Below, in pieces: positions 38,160-49,944 of a stretch of DNA of 64,000 bases (the first letter of the stretch is position 1; every line of letters begins with the position of its first letter). The DNA lies in contig NC_082713.1 in NCBI RefSeq assembly GCF_030144855.1, forward strand, positions 134,354,001 through 134,418,000. Direction: 5' to 3'. The DNA is from Hypanus sabinus. Taxonomy: Eukaryota. The notes under the pieces were generated by a model. It had not been told where the DNA came from. It was given only the letters and a program-made list of their open reading frames with translations, and ran no database searches. The position numbers were made by a program, and so were the translations under genes.

Positions 38160-38900
38160 AAAAAATCTGCAGTGCTGGAAAACTGAAACAAAAACCGGTC
38201 AGGCTACATCTGTGGTAAGAGAAACAGAGTAAACATTTCAGGTCAGGGTCCCTTCCTCAGAGTTGTAAAGAAGACATAAACTGGGGGATTAAGCTGCAGG
38301 GAGCGGACTGGAGGGGGATAACATAAACTGCAGGGAGCAGAGTCGAGGAGGATGTCTCTGATAGGGTCAATCTGGGATGACATAATTCTAGAGAAGGCAG
38401 TGATTCTCTTGCACTTCTACCTGTCTCATACACTGCATTCAGTGTACACAGTGTAGTATCCACTACACTGGAGAAACCAAACACTGACTGGGTGATTACC
38501 ATAACGAACACCAGTGTTCAGTCCACCAGGGCCATTTTGAGCTCCCAGTTCCTGCCATTTTAATTCCACACCTAACTCTCAAACTGACTAATTGGACTAT
38601 GGACTAATTTTCAAGGACTCTTTGGTATCTTTTGCACACTGATTGAACGCCCAAGTTGGTGCCGCCTTTCATTGACTCTATTAGTGTTATTATTCTATTT
38701 TGGAATTATTGAGTATGCCTGCAAGAAGATTGATCCCAGGATTGTATATGGTGACATACATGTATTTTGATAATAAAGTTACTTGAACCTTGATGGTCAC
38801 TCTAAGCTTGACGAACCACAGCTCCATTCCCATCTGGGCTTCATGCCACCTTCTGGACTCAATACTGAATTCTGCAACTTCAGGTAACTTGATTTCTCAG
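38160..38900 (-). mobile_element. Old Penelope-like fragments (terminus and GIY-YIG remnant, mixed orientation) plus a LINE/SINE tail
   Basis: The terminus motif at 38165-38260 is on the - strand; tcatacactgcattcagtgt...tacactggagaaacc resembles the YCIxCxxC...YIGET coding region on the + strand. Confidence 0.45.
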
Positions 38901-39926
38901 TCTGAATCGGTCATCCAGCTGTGATATTAGCTTGTTCCTTTTTTCTCTTCCTTTCTTTGTTTCCTCTTTATTTAAAGTCCGAAAGTGGAAGACATCTTGC
39001 TCTTCATTTTGCGACTCCTACATTGCTTTGTCACCATTCTTTAGTTGATGTTCTCTCCTTCTAATTCACTCCTCCTGTTCACTCATTAACAAGAGGATCT
39101 TGACTGCAGTTTATCCTCGAAGTCCATCTTGACTTTATCCTATCATTGGTTGGCAGTAATGGGTTTTGCTGAAAGGCCCATTTCAGTGCTGTATAACTAT
39201 GATTCCATGAGCTCAAAGCACTTGGGAACTTCCTAAGCTCATGGACACCTGTAGAAGCTTGAGATCCATGTATATGGGCCATATCATCATACACATTGAA
39301 GCTCGTGGTGTAAATCAAGCACCCATTAATACAATTCCCATTTTATCTTCATCAGCTTCCCCCCCCCCCCCACCCCACCCAATTCACACTAGGGTGTCTT
39401 GTCTGTTAAGTTTGATGAGAACTGGAAACCTGTGCAGGAGAGTTTTTAATGTGGAAAAGCCGTGGAACTGGGGCACCTCCACTCTATTGACCTCAAAAGT
39501 CCAGGAACGGTGGTATAAACAAGCATCATAAACTTGTGGATGACCATGGCATCTTCTGCCCCTTCTCATGCCCCCCACCCTTCACAGAGTGTAACAGTAC
39601 CATCTCTTTGGCCATTGGATCTCACTGTAGATCTCATCCACCCAGTCCACTAGTCTAGGACAGGCATGTCCCCATCTCACCGGGGTATGAGGCCACCAGC
39701 TACCCTCACCTGGTTTCACCCATCTATCGATGCCGTGTACCGAGGTGTGGCAGTTGTCATATGAGAACAGCTATTCGGAACCACTGGTGCGAGTTGAGTA
39801 TCCGGTGCAAACCAAAGGTGAGCGAGCTGCTCTGAAACAGATACAACAAGTTCCTTCACCAGAGGTGCTACCCTTCCCTGGGCATCCCATACAATTTACA
39901 GAGGCCAATTAACTTACCAACCCACT

Positions 39927-40597
39927 TGTGCTGTCTTTACGACAGTTATTTAGTTTATAATATTTTCGCTTAGTAATTCATTCGATAGTATTTTCTAGTT
40001 AGAATTAGAAGTGTTTAAAGTATATTCATTGCATGTAAAATATATCGGCATGCGATGACATCACATCCGGTTTCGCCGCGTCTTGTGGGAAAGTACCGGT
40101 TTGAAATTAACGCGAGGGTGGGGGCTCACCACGAGGCACACCTGAGCAGAAGTCGTTTTGCAGGCATGAGAAATCACAGTGAGAGCAACGCTGTAAGTTA
40201 ATAGATAATCAATATATTGAACTAAGATGTTAATGCCGATCCTGTTAGAAGTAACGACGGTCGATAATGTTTATGCTTTCGTTAGTTAAAGAGTTGCGGA
40301 TAGTTTGCATTGAAGTGTATTTAAAGTAGTCAATGGAGCAGGTAAACTCTGCCTGTATACGGCACCTTAGTGTAATGTAGTTATAGTCACCTTTGCAAGT
40401 ATTTACAATTGAAATGTGATATTAAGGAAGGAACAAATACTGTATCAATCTTGTATTGTTTTATCAACAGTTTTCACCATATGTTAATGTGAAGAGTGAA
40501 CAGTAAATGATTATTCTTACTGCGATCTGGTCTCATTGACTGGTTTATCTCGACGTTGAATTCGGCGTTATTAGTACACGCGAAGGAGAACGTTACA
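39927..40597 (+). repeat. 5' LTR of the BEL/Pao element
   Basis: TGT...ACA termini; near-identical to 44070-44740. Confidence 0.95.
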
Positions 40598-40635
40598 GTG
40601 AAAAAGCGGCATTATCAGGTGTTTCAAGTGCTGCA

Positions 40636-42192
40636 ATGTCAGCTCGATCCAGCATCAAGTCGACGCCGCCCAGCGACAAGGGCGGTAAACCGACATCAAG
40701 TAAGCCCACCCAGGCGTTATCAGGTGTTCCAAGTGCTGCAATGTCAGCTCGATTCAGCATCAAGTCGACGCCGCCCAGCGACAAGGGCAGTAGAGCGACA
40801 TCAAGTAAGTCCACCCAGGCAAGAGCCAAGGCAGAAGCCGCCAAGGTGCGTCTGCGTTACGCCAGACAAGAAGCAGTTTTGAAAATGAAACAGGCCACCA
40901 GAGAAGCCGAAATCCAGAAAGAAAAGGCTGCCAGAAAAGCCGAAATCCAGAAAGAAAAGGCTGCCAGAGAAGTCGAAAAGGCCGCCAGAGAAGCCGAAAC
41001 CCAGAAGGAATGGGCCGCCAGAGAAGCCGAAACCCAGAAGGAATGGGACACCCGAGAAGCCGAAACCCAGTTGGAAATGGCAAAAATATCGACAGAGTTG
41101 CAAGTGCTGCAGCTAGAAAGAGAAGAAGAAGCTGCCATGGCGGAAGCAGAGTACATAGAAGAAGCTGAAGGGTCGCGTGATCTGACCGAAGCAAGATCTA
41201 CTTTAGAAAGGACCAGACTGGAACGCACAAGCGACTATGTACAATCTCAAATAGACAGGCAGGCTCGTCTCCCCTCTCCATACGTATTCGATAACTTCCC
41301 CAGCTACGAGGAACCTCAGAGAGTCACGATTGCATCACATCCATACGAGGAAGAAAATTTACCCTTACGACTCTGTGATGGAGTCAAGAATGAAAGAGCT
41401 GACAACCGATACTTCTCGACACCAAACTTACAAAGTTTGATGCGAAGAGACGCGGAGGTCGAATCCAGGATGGCAAATTCCATGAGAAACGTGCGCTCTC
41501 AGTCATATAGGCGCCAACGTACTTCTCCAGCCCGCATGCCGCTTACAGCCGATCCCACGATGCAGTATTTAGCACGACAGGATCTCGTCACTTTGGGACT
41601 GTACCAGTTTGACGATAAACCTGAAAATTACCGTGCATGGTACTCCACATTCACCAACGCGATCGACGGAGTCCAGCTCAGTGCAACCCAAAGGTTGGAC
41701 CTTATGGCGAAATGGCTGGGGAAAGAATCACGCGACCAGGTGAGACGCATACGTTCAGTGTACATCAACAAACCCGAACTAGCCTTAAGCAAAGCGTGGG
41801 AGAGAATTCGGGAGGACTATGGGTCCCCCGAAGCTATTGAAGCGGCGCTATATCGACGTCTGGAAAACTTTCCTAAGGTGTCAGCCAAAGATCACATTAA
41901 GTTAAGAGAATTCGGAGATTTACTCATGGAGATCCAAGGCGCCAAAGAAGATGGCTACTCAGCTGGTCTAGTATACCTAGATACTCCATTCGGGATTAGA
42001 CAAGTCGTGGACAAACTTCCTTTTGGGCTGCAGGACAGGTGGCTGTCCGTTGCTTTAGATTACAAGGAAGAGCACGATGATCGATTTCCTCCCTTTGAGC
42101 TCCTCGCTAGGTTTGTGTGCAGGGAGGCGAAGAAGCGAAACGACCCTAGCCTCGCGGGTCCAGGAAGCAGTACAATTTACACCGCCAAGTAG
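40636..42192 (+). CDS. BEL/Pao Gag (coiled coil + DUF1759-like capsid), 518-aa open frame
   Basis: FDDKPENYRAWYSTF, WERIREDYGSPE, VDKLPFGLQDRW and FPPFELLARFV motifs are typical of BEL gag. It ends at an apparent frameshift ~42180-42192. Confidence 0.8.
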   Translation: MSARSSIKSTPPSDKGGKPTSSKPTQALSGVPSAAMSARFSIKSTPPSDKGSRATSSKSTQARAKAEAAKVRLRYARQEAVLKMKQATREAEIQKEKAARKAEIQKEKAAREVEKAAREAETQKEWAAREAETQKEWDTREAETQLEMAKISTELQVLQLEREEEAAMAEAEYIEEAEGSRDLTEARSTLERTRLERTSDYVQSQIDRQARLPSPYVFDNFPSYEEPQRVTIASHPYEEENLPLRLCDGVKNERADNRYFSTPNLQSLMRRDAEVESRMANSMRNVRSQSYRRQRTSPARMPLTADPTMQYLARQDLVTLGLYQFDDKPENYRAWYSTFTNAIDGVQLSATQRLDLMAKWLGKESRDQVRRIRSVYINKPELALSKAWERIREDYGSPEAIEAALYRRLENFPKVSAKDHIKLREFGDLLMEIQGAKEDGYSAGLVYLDTPFGIRQVVDKLPFGLQDRWLSVALDYKEEHDDRFPPFELLARFVCREAKKRNDPSLAGPGSSTIYTAK

Positions 42193-44011
42193 ATCCTCTT
42201 CGAATGTTTTCAACATTGATAAACCCGTCTCAGTGCTCAAGACCGAAGCCCTTACAACTAGCAACGACCCTAGCAAGTATTGTCCATTGCATAACAAACC
42301 TCACCCCCTCAAAGGATGCAGAATGTTTAGGGAAAAACCCCTTGAAGAGAGGACGGCCCTTCTCAAGGAGAAAAGAATATGTTTTAGATGCTGTTCCTCA
42401 ACCTCTCACCTCACCAGAGAGTGTACGATCGCCGTGAAGTGTCCGGAATGTGATAGCCCAGATCACGTCGGGGCCATGCATCCCGACCTGTCACCGCAAA
42501 CCGACGATGCTCCTTCACCCCCACAACAGGACGGCGGGGAGGGAGAGGCTCACCCCAGGACAACAGTTGTCAGCACGAACTGTACAGAAGTTTGCGGTCA
42601 AGCTCAGTCAAGTCGTTCTTGTTCCAAGATCTGCCTCACTAAGGTGTACCCTAAAGGAGCCAAAGACAAGGCCATCAAAGCCTATGTGATTCTGGACGAT
42701 CAGAGCAATTGCTCACTAGTCAGTCCAGAGTTCTTTAAATTGTTCAACATTGAGAGTGAGCAGTTCCCATACTACCTCAAAACTTGCTCAGGCAACATGG
42801 AAACCCAAGGAAGGAAGGCAGAAGGCATCCAGATCGAGTCCCTGGATGGTAAAGTTGTCATCTGTCTCCCTCCGCTCTTAGAGTGCGATGGAATCATGAA
42901 TAACCGCACTGGGATCCCGACACCAAGTGCGGTGCTACACCAGCCACATCTCCACCACATCGCCAAACACATCCCAGAACTGGATCCAAAAGTGGAAATA
43001 CTCCTGCTATTAGGAAGAGATGTTATCCAGGTACACAAGGTTAGGCAGCAGGTCAATGGACCACTCGACGCCCCCTTCGCGCAACGTCTGGATCTGGGCT
43101 GGGTGGTGATAGGAGAGGTGTGCCCCGGTGTCGTACACAAACCGATGGTTAACACACTCAAGACCAATGTGCTAGAGAGTGGCCGCCATTCAATCTTTCA
43201 ACCCTGCCCGAGTGCCCCGTGCATTAAGGAAGCACAACAAGACATTACCAAGCGTAAAGTAACCGACGAGACGCTAGGTCAGTCAGTTTTCGTTCAAACC
43301 GAGCACGGAAACAAACTTGCACAATCAGCTCAAGATACCATTTCTTTAAAAACCAAAGACACCAAGGTCTTCAGAGATGAAGCAAATAATGGGGTTGCCC
43401 CATTGCCTTTCAGAGAACCACGCCAGCGCTCACCAGATAACAAAGAGCAGGCAGTCAAATGGTTCACGTCCTTACGGAAAACCCGGAAAAGGAAACCTGA
43501 GATGCAGCAACGCACCCAATTGGCCCACGAGGTACTGTGCACCCTAATGGCAGAGGTCACAGCCATTATAAACGCACAATCACTCCTACTTGTGTCTTCT
43601 GACCCAGAAAACCCCTTCATACTTTCACCATCAACGCTCCTTACGCAGAAGGCAGGAGCTCCCCCTCCACCAGGAGACTTCTCAGACAAGGATTTGTACA
43701 CAAAGCAATGGAGACAAGTCCAGGCTCTGGCAAATCAGTTCTGGTCTCGCTGGAGACAAAAATATCTACCTTTGTTGCAACAGAGACAAAAGTGGACAGA
43801 ACCCCGCAGAAATCTTCAAGTTGGAGACTTAGTCCTGCTCAGGGACAAGCAAATCGCCCGCAACAGCTGGCCAACGGCCAGAATCACTGCTACATTCCCT
43901 AGCGGGGATGGACATGTCAGGAAGATCGAATTGAAGACTACCAACCAAGGCGATGCGAAAATTTACCAAGGGCCAGTTACAGAAGTTATTCTACTTCTAC
44001 CCAATGACTGA
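42193..44011 (+). CDS. BEL/Pao zinc knuckles + aspartic protease fused in frame to the integrase C-terminus (DUF5641-like); RT, RNase H and IN core absent
   Basis: Part of ORF 42077-44011: CPLHNKPHPLKGC, CFRCCSSTSHLTREC, CPECDSPDH, ILDDQSN and LGWVVIG, then LPFR...PDNKEQA...KPEMQQ joined directly to LCTLMAEVTAIIN...QFWSRWRQKYLPLLQQRQKW. Confidence 0.8.
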
Positions 44012-44069
44012 TTAAGAGACTAAGTTTTGTACTCTGCTCATTGTGACCTTACGAAGGTCAAGCAGGGAG

Positions 44070-44740
44070 TGTGCTGTCTTTACGACAGTTATTTAGTTTA
44101 TAATATTTTCGCTTAGTAATTCATTCAATAGTATTTTCTAGTTAGAATTAGAAGTGTTTAAAGTATATTCATTGCATGTAAAATATATCGGCATGCGATG
44201 ACATCACATCCGGTTTCGCCACGTCTTGTGGGAAAGTACCGGTTTGAAATTAACGCGAGGGTGGGGGCTCACCACGAGGCACACCTGAGCAGAAGTCGTT
44301 TTGCAGGCATGAGAAATCACAGTGAGAGCAACGCTGTAAGTTAATAGATAATCGATATATTGAACTAAGATGTTAATGCCGATCCTGTTAGAAGTAACGA
44401 CGGTCGATAATGTTTATGCTTTCGTTAGTTAAAGAGTTGCGGATAGTTTGCATTGAAGTGTATTTAAAGTAGTCAATGGAGCAGGTAAACTCTGCCTGTA
44501 TACGGCACCTTAGTGTAATGTAGTTATAGTCACCTTTGCAAGTATTTACAATTGAAATGTGATATTAAGGAAGGAACAAATACTGTATCAATCTTGTATT
44601 GTTTTATCAACAGTCTTCACCATATGTTAATGTGAAGAGTGAACAGTAAATGGTTATTCTTACTGCGATCTGGTCTCATTGACTGGCTTATCTCGACGTT
44701 GAATTCGGCGTTATTAGTACACGCGAAGGAGAACGTTACA
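44070..44740 (+). repeat. 3' LTR of the BEL/Pao element
   Basis: Follows the purine-rich aagcagggag and ends at the TSD. Confidence 0.95.
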
Positions 44741-44987
44741 CCACTTATATTTGGGATGTTAGAGAACTGGTGGAAACCCATAAAGTGACAGAGCGAGCTC
44801 GCAAACCCCACATTGATTGGACCAAGTTTAGGGCCCTAGCTGCTCGAGCTGTGTGACAGCCAGTCTGAGCATTGCCACTTTGCCATCCCATAAGAGGCCA
44901 GCCCAGAAATCTGTGCTGACCCCTGGGCTGGGCTTGTGCTTTTCATTGGTTTATCTATAATCTGTTGTGAGTTCTCATCTTCCTTGT

Positions 44988-45023
44988 GGTCCTGAAGAAG
45001 GTTCCCGACCAGAAACGTCGACT
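44988..45023 (+). ncRNA. Putative minimal type I hammerhead ribozyme (Penelope-terminus type), best-preserved copy
   Basis: GGTC-CTGAAGA-A-GGT(tcccg)ACC-A-GAAAC-GTC-GACT: conserved CUGANGA and GAAA cores, short stem II, palindromic ACGU stem III, GUC site, and stem I GGUC/GACU. Confidence 0.55.
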
Positions 45024-45189
45024 CTCCATTCATTTCCATGGGTGGTGCCTGGCCCGCCGAGTTCCTCCAGCGTCTTATGTGTGTTGCTTTGGATTTCCAG
45101 CATCTGCATCTCGTGGCTACATTTTCTCATCTGCTCCCTCTCTCGTACTACCATTTCATGTCAAAGGGAGAATCAAAGCAAGCTTGCAG

Positions 45190-46070
45190 TAATCAAGCTC
45201 AGGCTCAAGTTCAAGTTTATCGTCATTCTACCATACACGTGTATACTGCCAAACGAAACAATATTCCTCCGGACCAAGGTACACACACAACACAAAAAGT
45301 ATATTACCACAAACAAATGAACAAGTGATAAGGTGCATTTATGACACAAGTCAAAAAGTAAACAATATACACTACCCGATATTCATATGTGATGAGCCTT
45401 GAGGGATGGCAGGGAGTTCAGTACTATCACAGCCTAGAGAAAGAACAGTCCCTGTCCTGCCTGATGGTAGGGGGTCAAAGAGAATGCTGAATTGATGGGA
45501 GAGATCATTAACAATGTCAATGGCCCTGCCTGCGCAGAACGCCTGATAAATACCTTGGATGCGTGGGAAAGAGACCGCAGCCATCCTCATCAAACCTTCT
45601 ATGGTATTGTGGTCAGATTCCCATGCCAGATGATGATGCAGCTGGTTGGAGAGAGGGAGGCCTTCCTCACTAGCGCATCATTATATGCATCAGACTGTAC
45701 AGAAAAAGCATACAGCCTATCAGGAAGAGAGGCATCACTTCTTGACATGCAGAGTAGACTTGTATTCTGTTATAGTCTGAATGTCCTGCCACACCTGCCT
45801 TGTGTCTCTGGAGTTGCAGAAATGCTGTATATTCTCTGCATAATTATGTTTTGCTATCCTGACGGTGCGGGAAAGCACAGGTCTTGCCGATCCTGAAAGC
45901 TGCCTTATCCCCTGATCAGAAGGCAGCATCCTGATCTCTCAGCAGTGTCTGGGCCTCTGCTGGCAACCATAGCTTCTGAATGTGCTTGAGAACGTCCTCG
46001 GTGCACTTCTGTATGTAGCCAGTCGCAGATCGCTCACATTCATCGATTCTAATATGACAGTCCTAGGTAG
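45190..46070 (-). mobile_element. Rex/Babar-like LINE remnants with deletions
   Basis: DTRQVWQDIQTITEYK and FDPLPSGR motifs; ttgaacttga-type tail. Confidence 0.6.
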
Positions 46071-49000
46071 ATATGAAATGAATGTCTCCGTCCAGCTCTG
46101 CTAGCTGATTAAAAAGCAACCCATTCGAATGCAATCTTACAATGCTCTGTAGCTCTGGTGATCTGAACTCCTGAAGTACACATCCAAAAGCTGTTTGAAT
46201 AAAAACACAAGAGGTTCAGCAGATGCTGGAAATCCAGAGGAAGAATCGTAAAAAACGCTGGAGGAACTTAGCAGTACCTCCCAAAACATTAGCTGTTCAT
46301 TTCGGTCCGTAGATGCTGTCTGACCTGCTGAGCTCCTACTGGTTTTGATCAGCTGTTTAAATGTGTTTTGCATCTGGGATCTCTGCCTACTTTCAGACGT
46401 TAACGAACACAAAATAAATATTTCCTCATATTCCTACCCCCCCCCCTTTTAATCCTTCAACCAAACACTATGACTCTTCTGCTTCAGGAAATAGGTTTTT
46501 CCTCTTCATCTAATTCCCTCCTAATGTTTTAGGTAACATTGAAAGTAATATTAAATTTTAAAAAGGGAACAGTGAAAATACTGGTTGACCAGTAGTGGGA
46601 GGAAGATCAACAACAAAACCTTCATTGTAGGGATGGAAATATCATGAATTTTTATGAGACAACACTTTAAATTAAATATATTCCCTTTTTTTCACTAGTT
46701 TAATATTTGAACCAGGATGCCCCTCTCTCAGGGTGGAGATTTTGTGTACCACGGCTTAACTGGCACTCAGCTAACAGAGTGGAGGAGCACAAATCTAATG
46801 CAGCTGAGTTCAATCTCTAACTGGAGGCCCATGTTGTCAGCAGGAGCCGATTAGGACAATGGGAGATCTCAAATGCCACCCAGGGAGAGGGGAAGAAACT
46901 AACAAAGGCTTGAACAAGTAAATGAGTGTTAGGGAGAGAAAGAAGTTAATAAATCAGAGGGAATTTAATTCAACTTAATTTACAATTGAATGGGGTCCGC
47001 GGCTTTCTCCAAAGGCGAAGATATGACAGCACTCAGAGGAAGACAGTCTGCTCTTCCATTATTTAACTGCGATGAAAGGAAGTTAATGTTACAGGAACAG
47101 GGCCGCCCTGACAATTGTTGGCTGCTATTCAGAAGCAGGTTAATCAGAATGGTAAAACGCCATGAATAGGATGAGGGCTCATGCACAAACCTTAGAACTG
47201 TGTTGCTTGGCTGCAGATCTGGCCTGAGAGATAAAGGTCAGCCCTGTATTATAAAGTGATAGTTAATTAAATTAAATGTCTTCTAAGCATTGTCTATATC
47301 CATCTACAGCACACAGAGAAGTTTTGCTTGGAGTGATGCAGGAGAAAGTATTCTGGAAGCATTCTTCGGTCTTTCAAAGGTTCGGTTGGACAGCTGAGTT
47401 GTATGGTTTGCCTACTTGTTTCACCGGCAGTCTGAACATTCGGTTTTGCATCAGGAGCTGAGAGACTTAACATATGAGCAGTGTGTGGTCTTCTAATTAA
47501 ACCTCTCCCTGCCTGTCAAGCTTTAGATAACTGGCAGAAGTGACATTTCATTGTGTTTTTCATCAAAATTTCCCATACAGCCCCATTTGTAAAAGGTCTT
47601 TGAAAATACCAATGTGAGTATTTGGCATAGTGAGTCACAGTGGCACTGGTTTGTCATTGGGCTACTGCATATACTAAACTAGCCATGCCATAGGTGAATA
47701 GGAAGGGGAGTGCATAGCTTCTATAGGTAGCTACACCAAAGACCTCAGTAAGTATGACTGAGCTCAAGAATCAGCTTGTATATCAGATGAATGGGCACGC
47801 TGTTGCTATGGAAATCATTCTGGACTTTGAAAGAGAAAGTGAGATCATGAGACATAAAACAAAGAGCAGGAAAAGTTATTCCGAGTGGTGACCAACGAAG
47901 AAGCATATGTCACATTGACAAATGTTCTTGCATCCTGTTTGAAGATGTACAGAAACTGGGAGATTACTCTCATCAAAAGCCTTGAGAAATAACTGAAAAC
48001 ACTGGGCCGACCAGAGTCAGAAGCAGGGAAGACAGTTAATGATGGGTTTTGTTAAAAGCTTACCATTGCACAGCCTTTTTGGATCATGTCTTTTATGAAA
48101 GGTCTGTGTGTCAGCTTTCAGTTAAACAAATTTAGTGAAAGCTGCTATGCGAACAAATCCTAAGATGCAGACTTGAGGGTAAAAATGATGCGTTGTGAGA
48201 AATGGCATTTTAAGTGCCCTCATAGAGAAGTGAAGGATCAAGGTGGATAAAGGGCTTTCTTTGAGCTCAAATTCAGAAACAAACAATTCACAAGAGGATT
48301 AAACATTAAAAATAATAAGGTGATCAGGGAGACCCTGAAACTGGCTACTAGACTAAATTTACTTTGCTGTCCTTTAAATGTGCAAAGGTAACTGGTATTT
48401 AATTATTGCTGTAAAGAAAGAACAGGGAAGCAGAGTGATAAGTATTTTTAAACACAGAATATGCTATTTTGTGTGTGTGTGTGTTGTGATCCTTTTGGAC
48501 AACAGTCATACCGTCTATCTGCTTCTCAATTAATATAACAGTTTCACAGACAACGTGGAACATTTACCTTTACACTAGGAGCTTTGAGATTCAACGTAAA
48601 TAATCAATGTACTATCTGGTAAGTAAACTAATGCCCAATCGGATTTATAATCACTTCATCGCAATTGGTTTGAATACATTACATGACACTTCATAATTTT
48701 CTATTTTCAGATTGTGTAACTGATGGTTTAAGAATAACTTAAACACAAATCTAAGGTGCTAAAAGTTCCATGCAAAATATTCCAGAAACCAATAAAAACT
48801 GAAGTGTAACATATACTCAAAAACTGCCATGACATCATAAAACTGAAAAACGTACAGAACTCCATACAAGTAAAAGCTTCTACTACAAAAGGAAGTCCCA
48901 TTAGCTCAGAGCTAATTGAGGGAAAAGAGATAAATCACCACATACAATTCAGTTAACCTGCTTAACCACTTCTGCATGCATTCAGGGATTTCAACAAATT

Positions 49001-49743
49001 TTGATCTTGACCAGTGCTGACATGCTGATCCATCCAAGTGGTTCCCCACTGCACGATACCTCTCTTGCACATTGGAAGCTAAGCAGACCCCAGGCTACTG
49101 ACCTAGATACGATGTAGAGTGACCAACTGCAATATGGCAGAGCGAATGGAGCACATTTTCAGAGAGGTCTGAATAGCTCTTTTAACATTCATTGCAGAAC
49201 CAGTCCACAGAGAATGAAATCAGGGAAAAAATTTGAAAGTCAAATAAAATTTGATGAAGTTCTGTGTTTTGAGGGTTAACGTCCTATTCAATGGCAAATA
49301 TGCTAGTATTAAAGGCTTGAAGAAGATTAACTATACATAAAAAACAAGAAAAGAAAGGAAAATTTTGACATTTAACTTCCTATAAAGTGTAAAGTATACT
49401 ATAAATAAATGTAAATGTTAGTCTGACAGAGTGAATTCCCTTCACTCGGTGTAAAACGGTTATAGCTTCTAAGTATCTCTCCAGGTATTTGAGTTTAAAC
49501 TCCGAGCACTCCACTACACTGTTCGGTGTCCCAGCCTATGGATGAAACATAATATCCAAGGCTTTATCTGTGTTCCCAAGTGGATCAGAAATATCTCATA
49601 GCACCACTGAAGATTAGTAGAGTTCTTCAGGTGTCTTGCTCAGTAACTATCCATCAACCAGCACCATACCAATGGTTTAATAAGAATTCATCACAATAGT
49701 ATTTGAGGACAATGGCAGATGAGTTTCCCATGTTACATCATTG

Positions 49744-49944
49744 TTCTTCTTCTTCTTCTCCATGGCTTGTGGCGCATCGGGCAGCAACTGTGCCGTTTCT
49801 TTGGCTTTTTTTTTAATGAGACTAAGTTGCTAGCCCAACGCTCAACCCAGCACGGATGGAAAGCGTGCGAGGGTCAACTGGATTCGAACCTGGGACCATT
49901 CATCTTGAAGTCTGGTGCCGATGCCGCTACACAACTGGTGGGCA
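49744..49944 (-). mobile_element. tRNA-derived SINE, full length (201 bp), with a (GAA)n tail
   Basis: B box GGTTCGAATCC (revcomp of 49880-49890) with an upstream A-box-like sequence; (TTC)n at 49744-49759; perfect 11-bp TSD TTACATCATTG (49733-49743 / 49945-49955). Confidence 0.85.

Larger units (their letters stand above)
39927..44740 (+). mobile_element. BEL/Pao LTR retrotransposon, internally deleted (non-autonomous), recent insertion
   Basis: 671-bp LTRs at 39927-40597 and 44070-44740 (6 transitions counted by eye); 5-bp TSD CCACT (39922-39926 / 44741-44745); BEL-type gag, triple Cys/His motif, protease ILDDQS and the typical BEL C-terminal domain. Confidence 0.94.

Noticed and set aside
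40890-41070. CRISPR-like repeat array
   Set aside because: These are contiguous coding tandem repeats without unique spacers, in a eukaryotic context with no cas genes.
40760-41228. Repetitive antisense ORFs (GFRLLW..., FGFSGG...)
   Set aside because: These are shadow frames of the 33-bp coiled-coil repeat in the BEL gag.
49860-49944. tRNA gene
   Set aside because: The B box belongs to a SINE head with tail and TSD; no full cloverleaf is evident.
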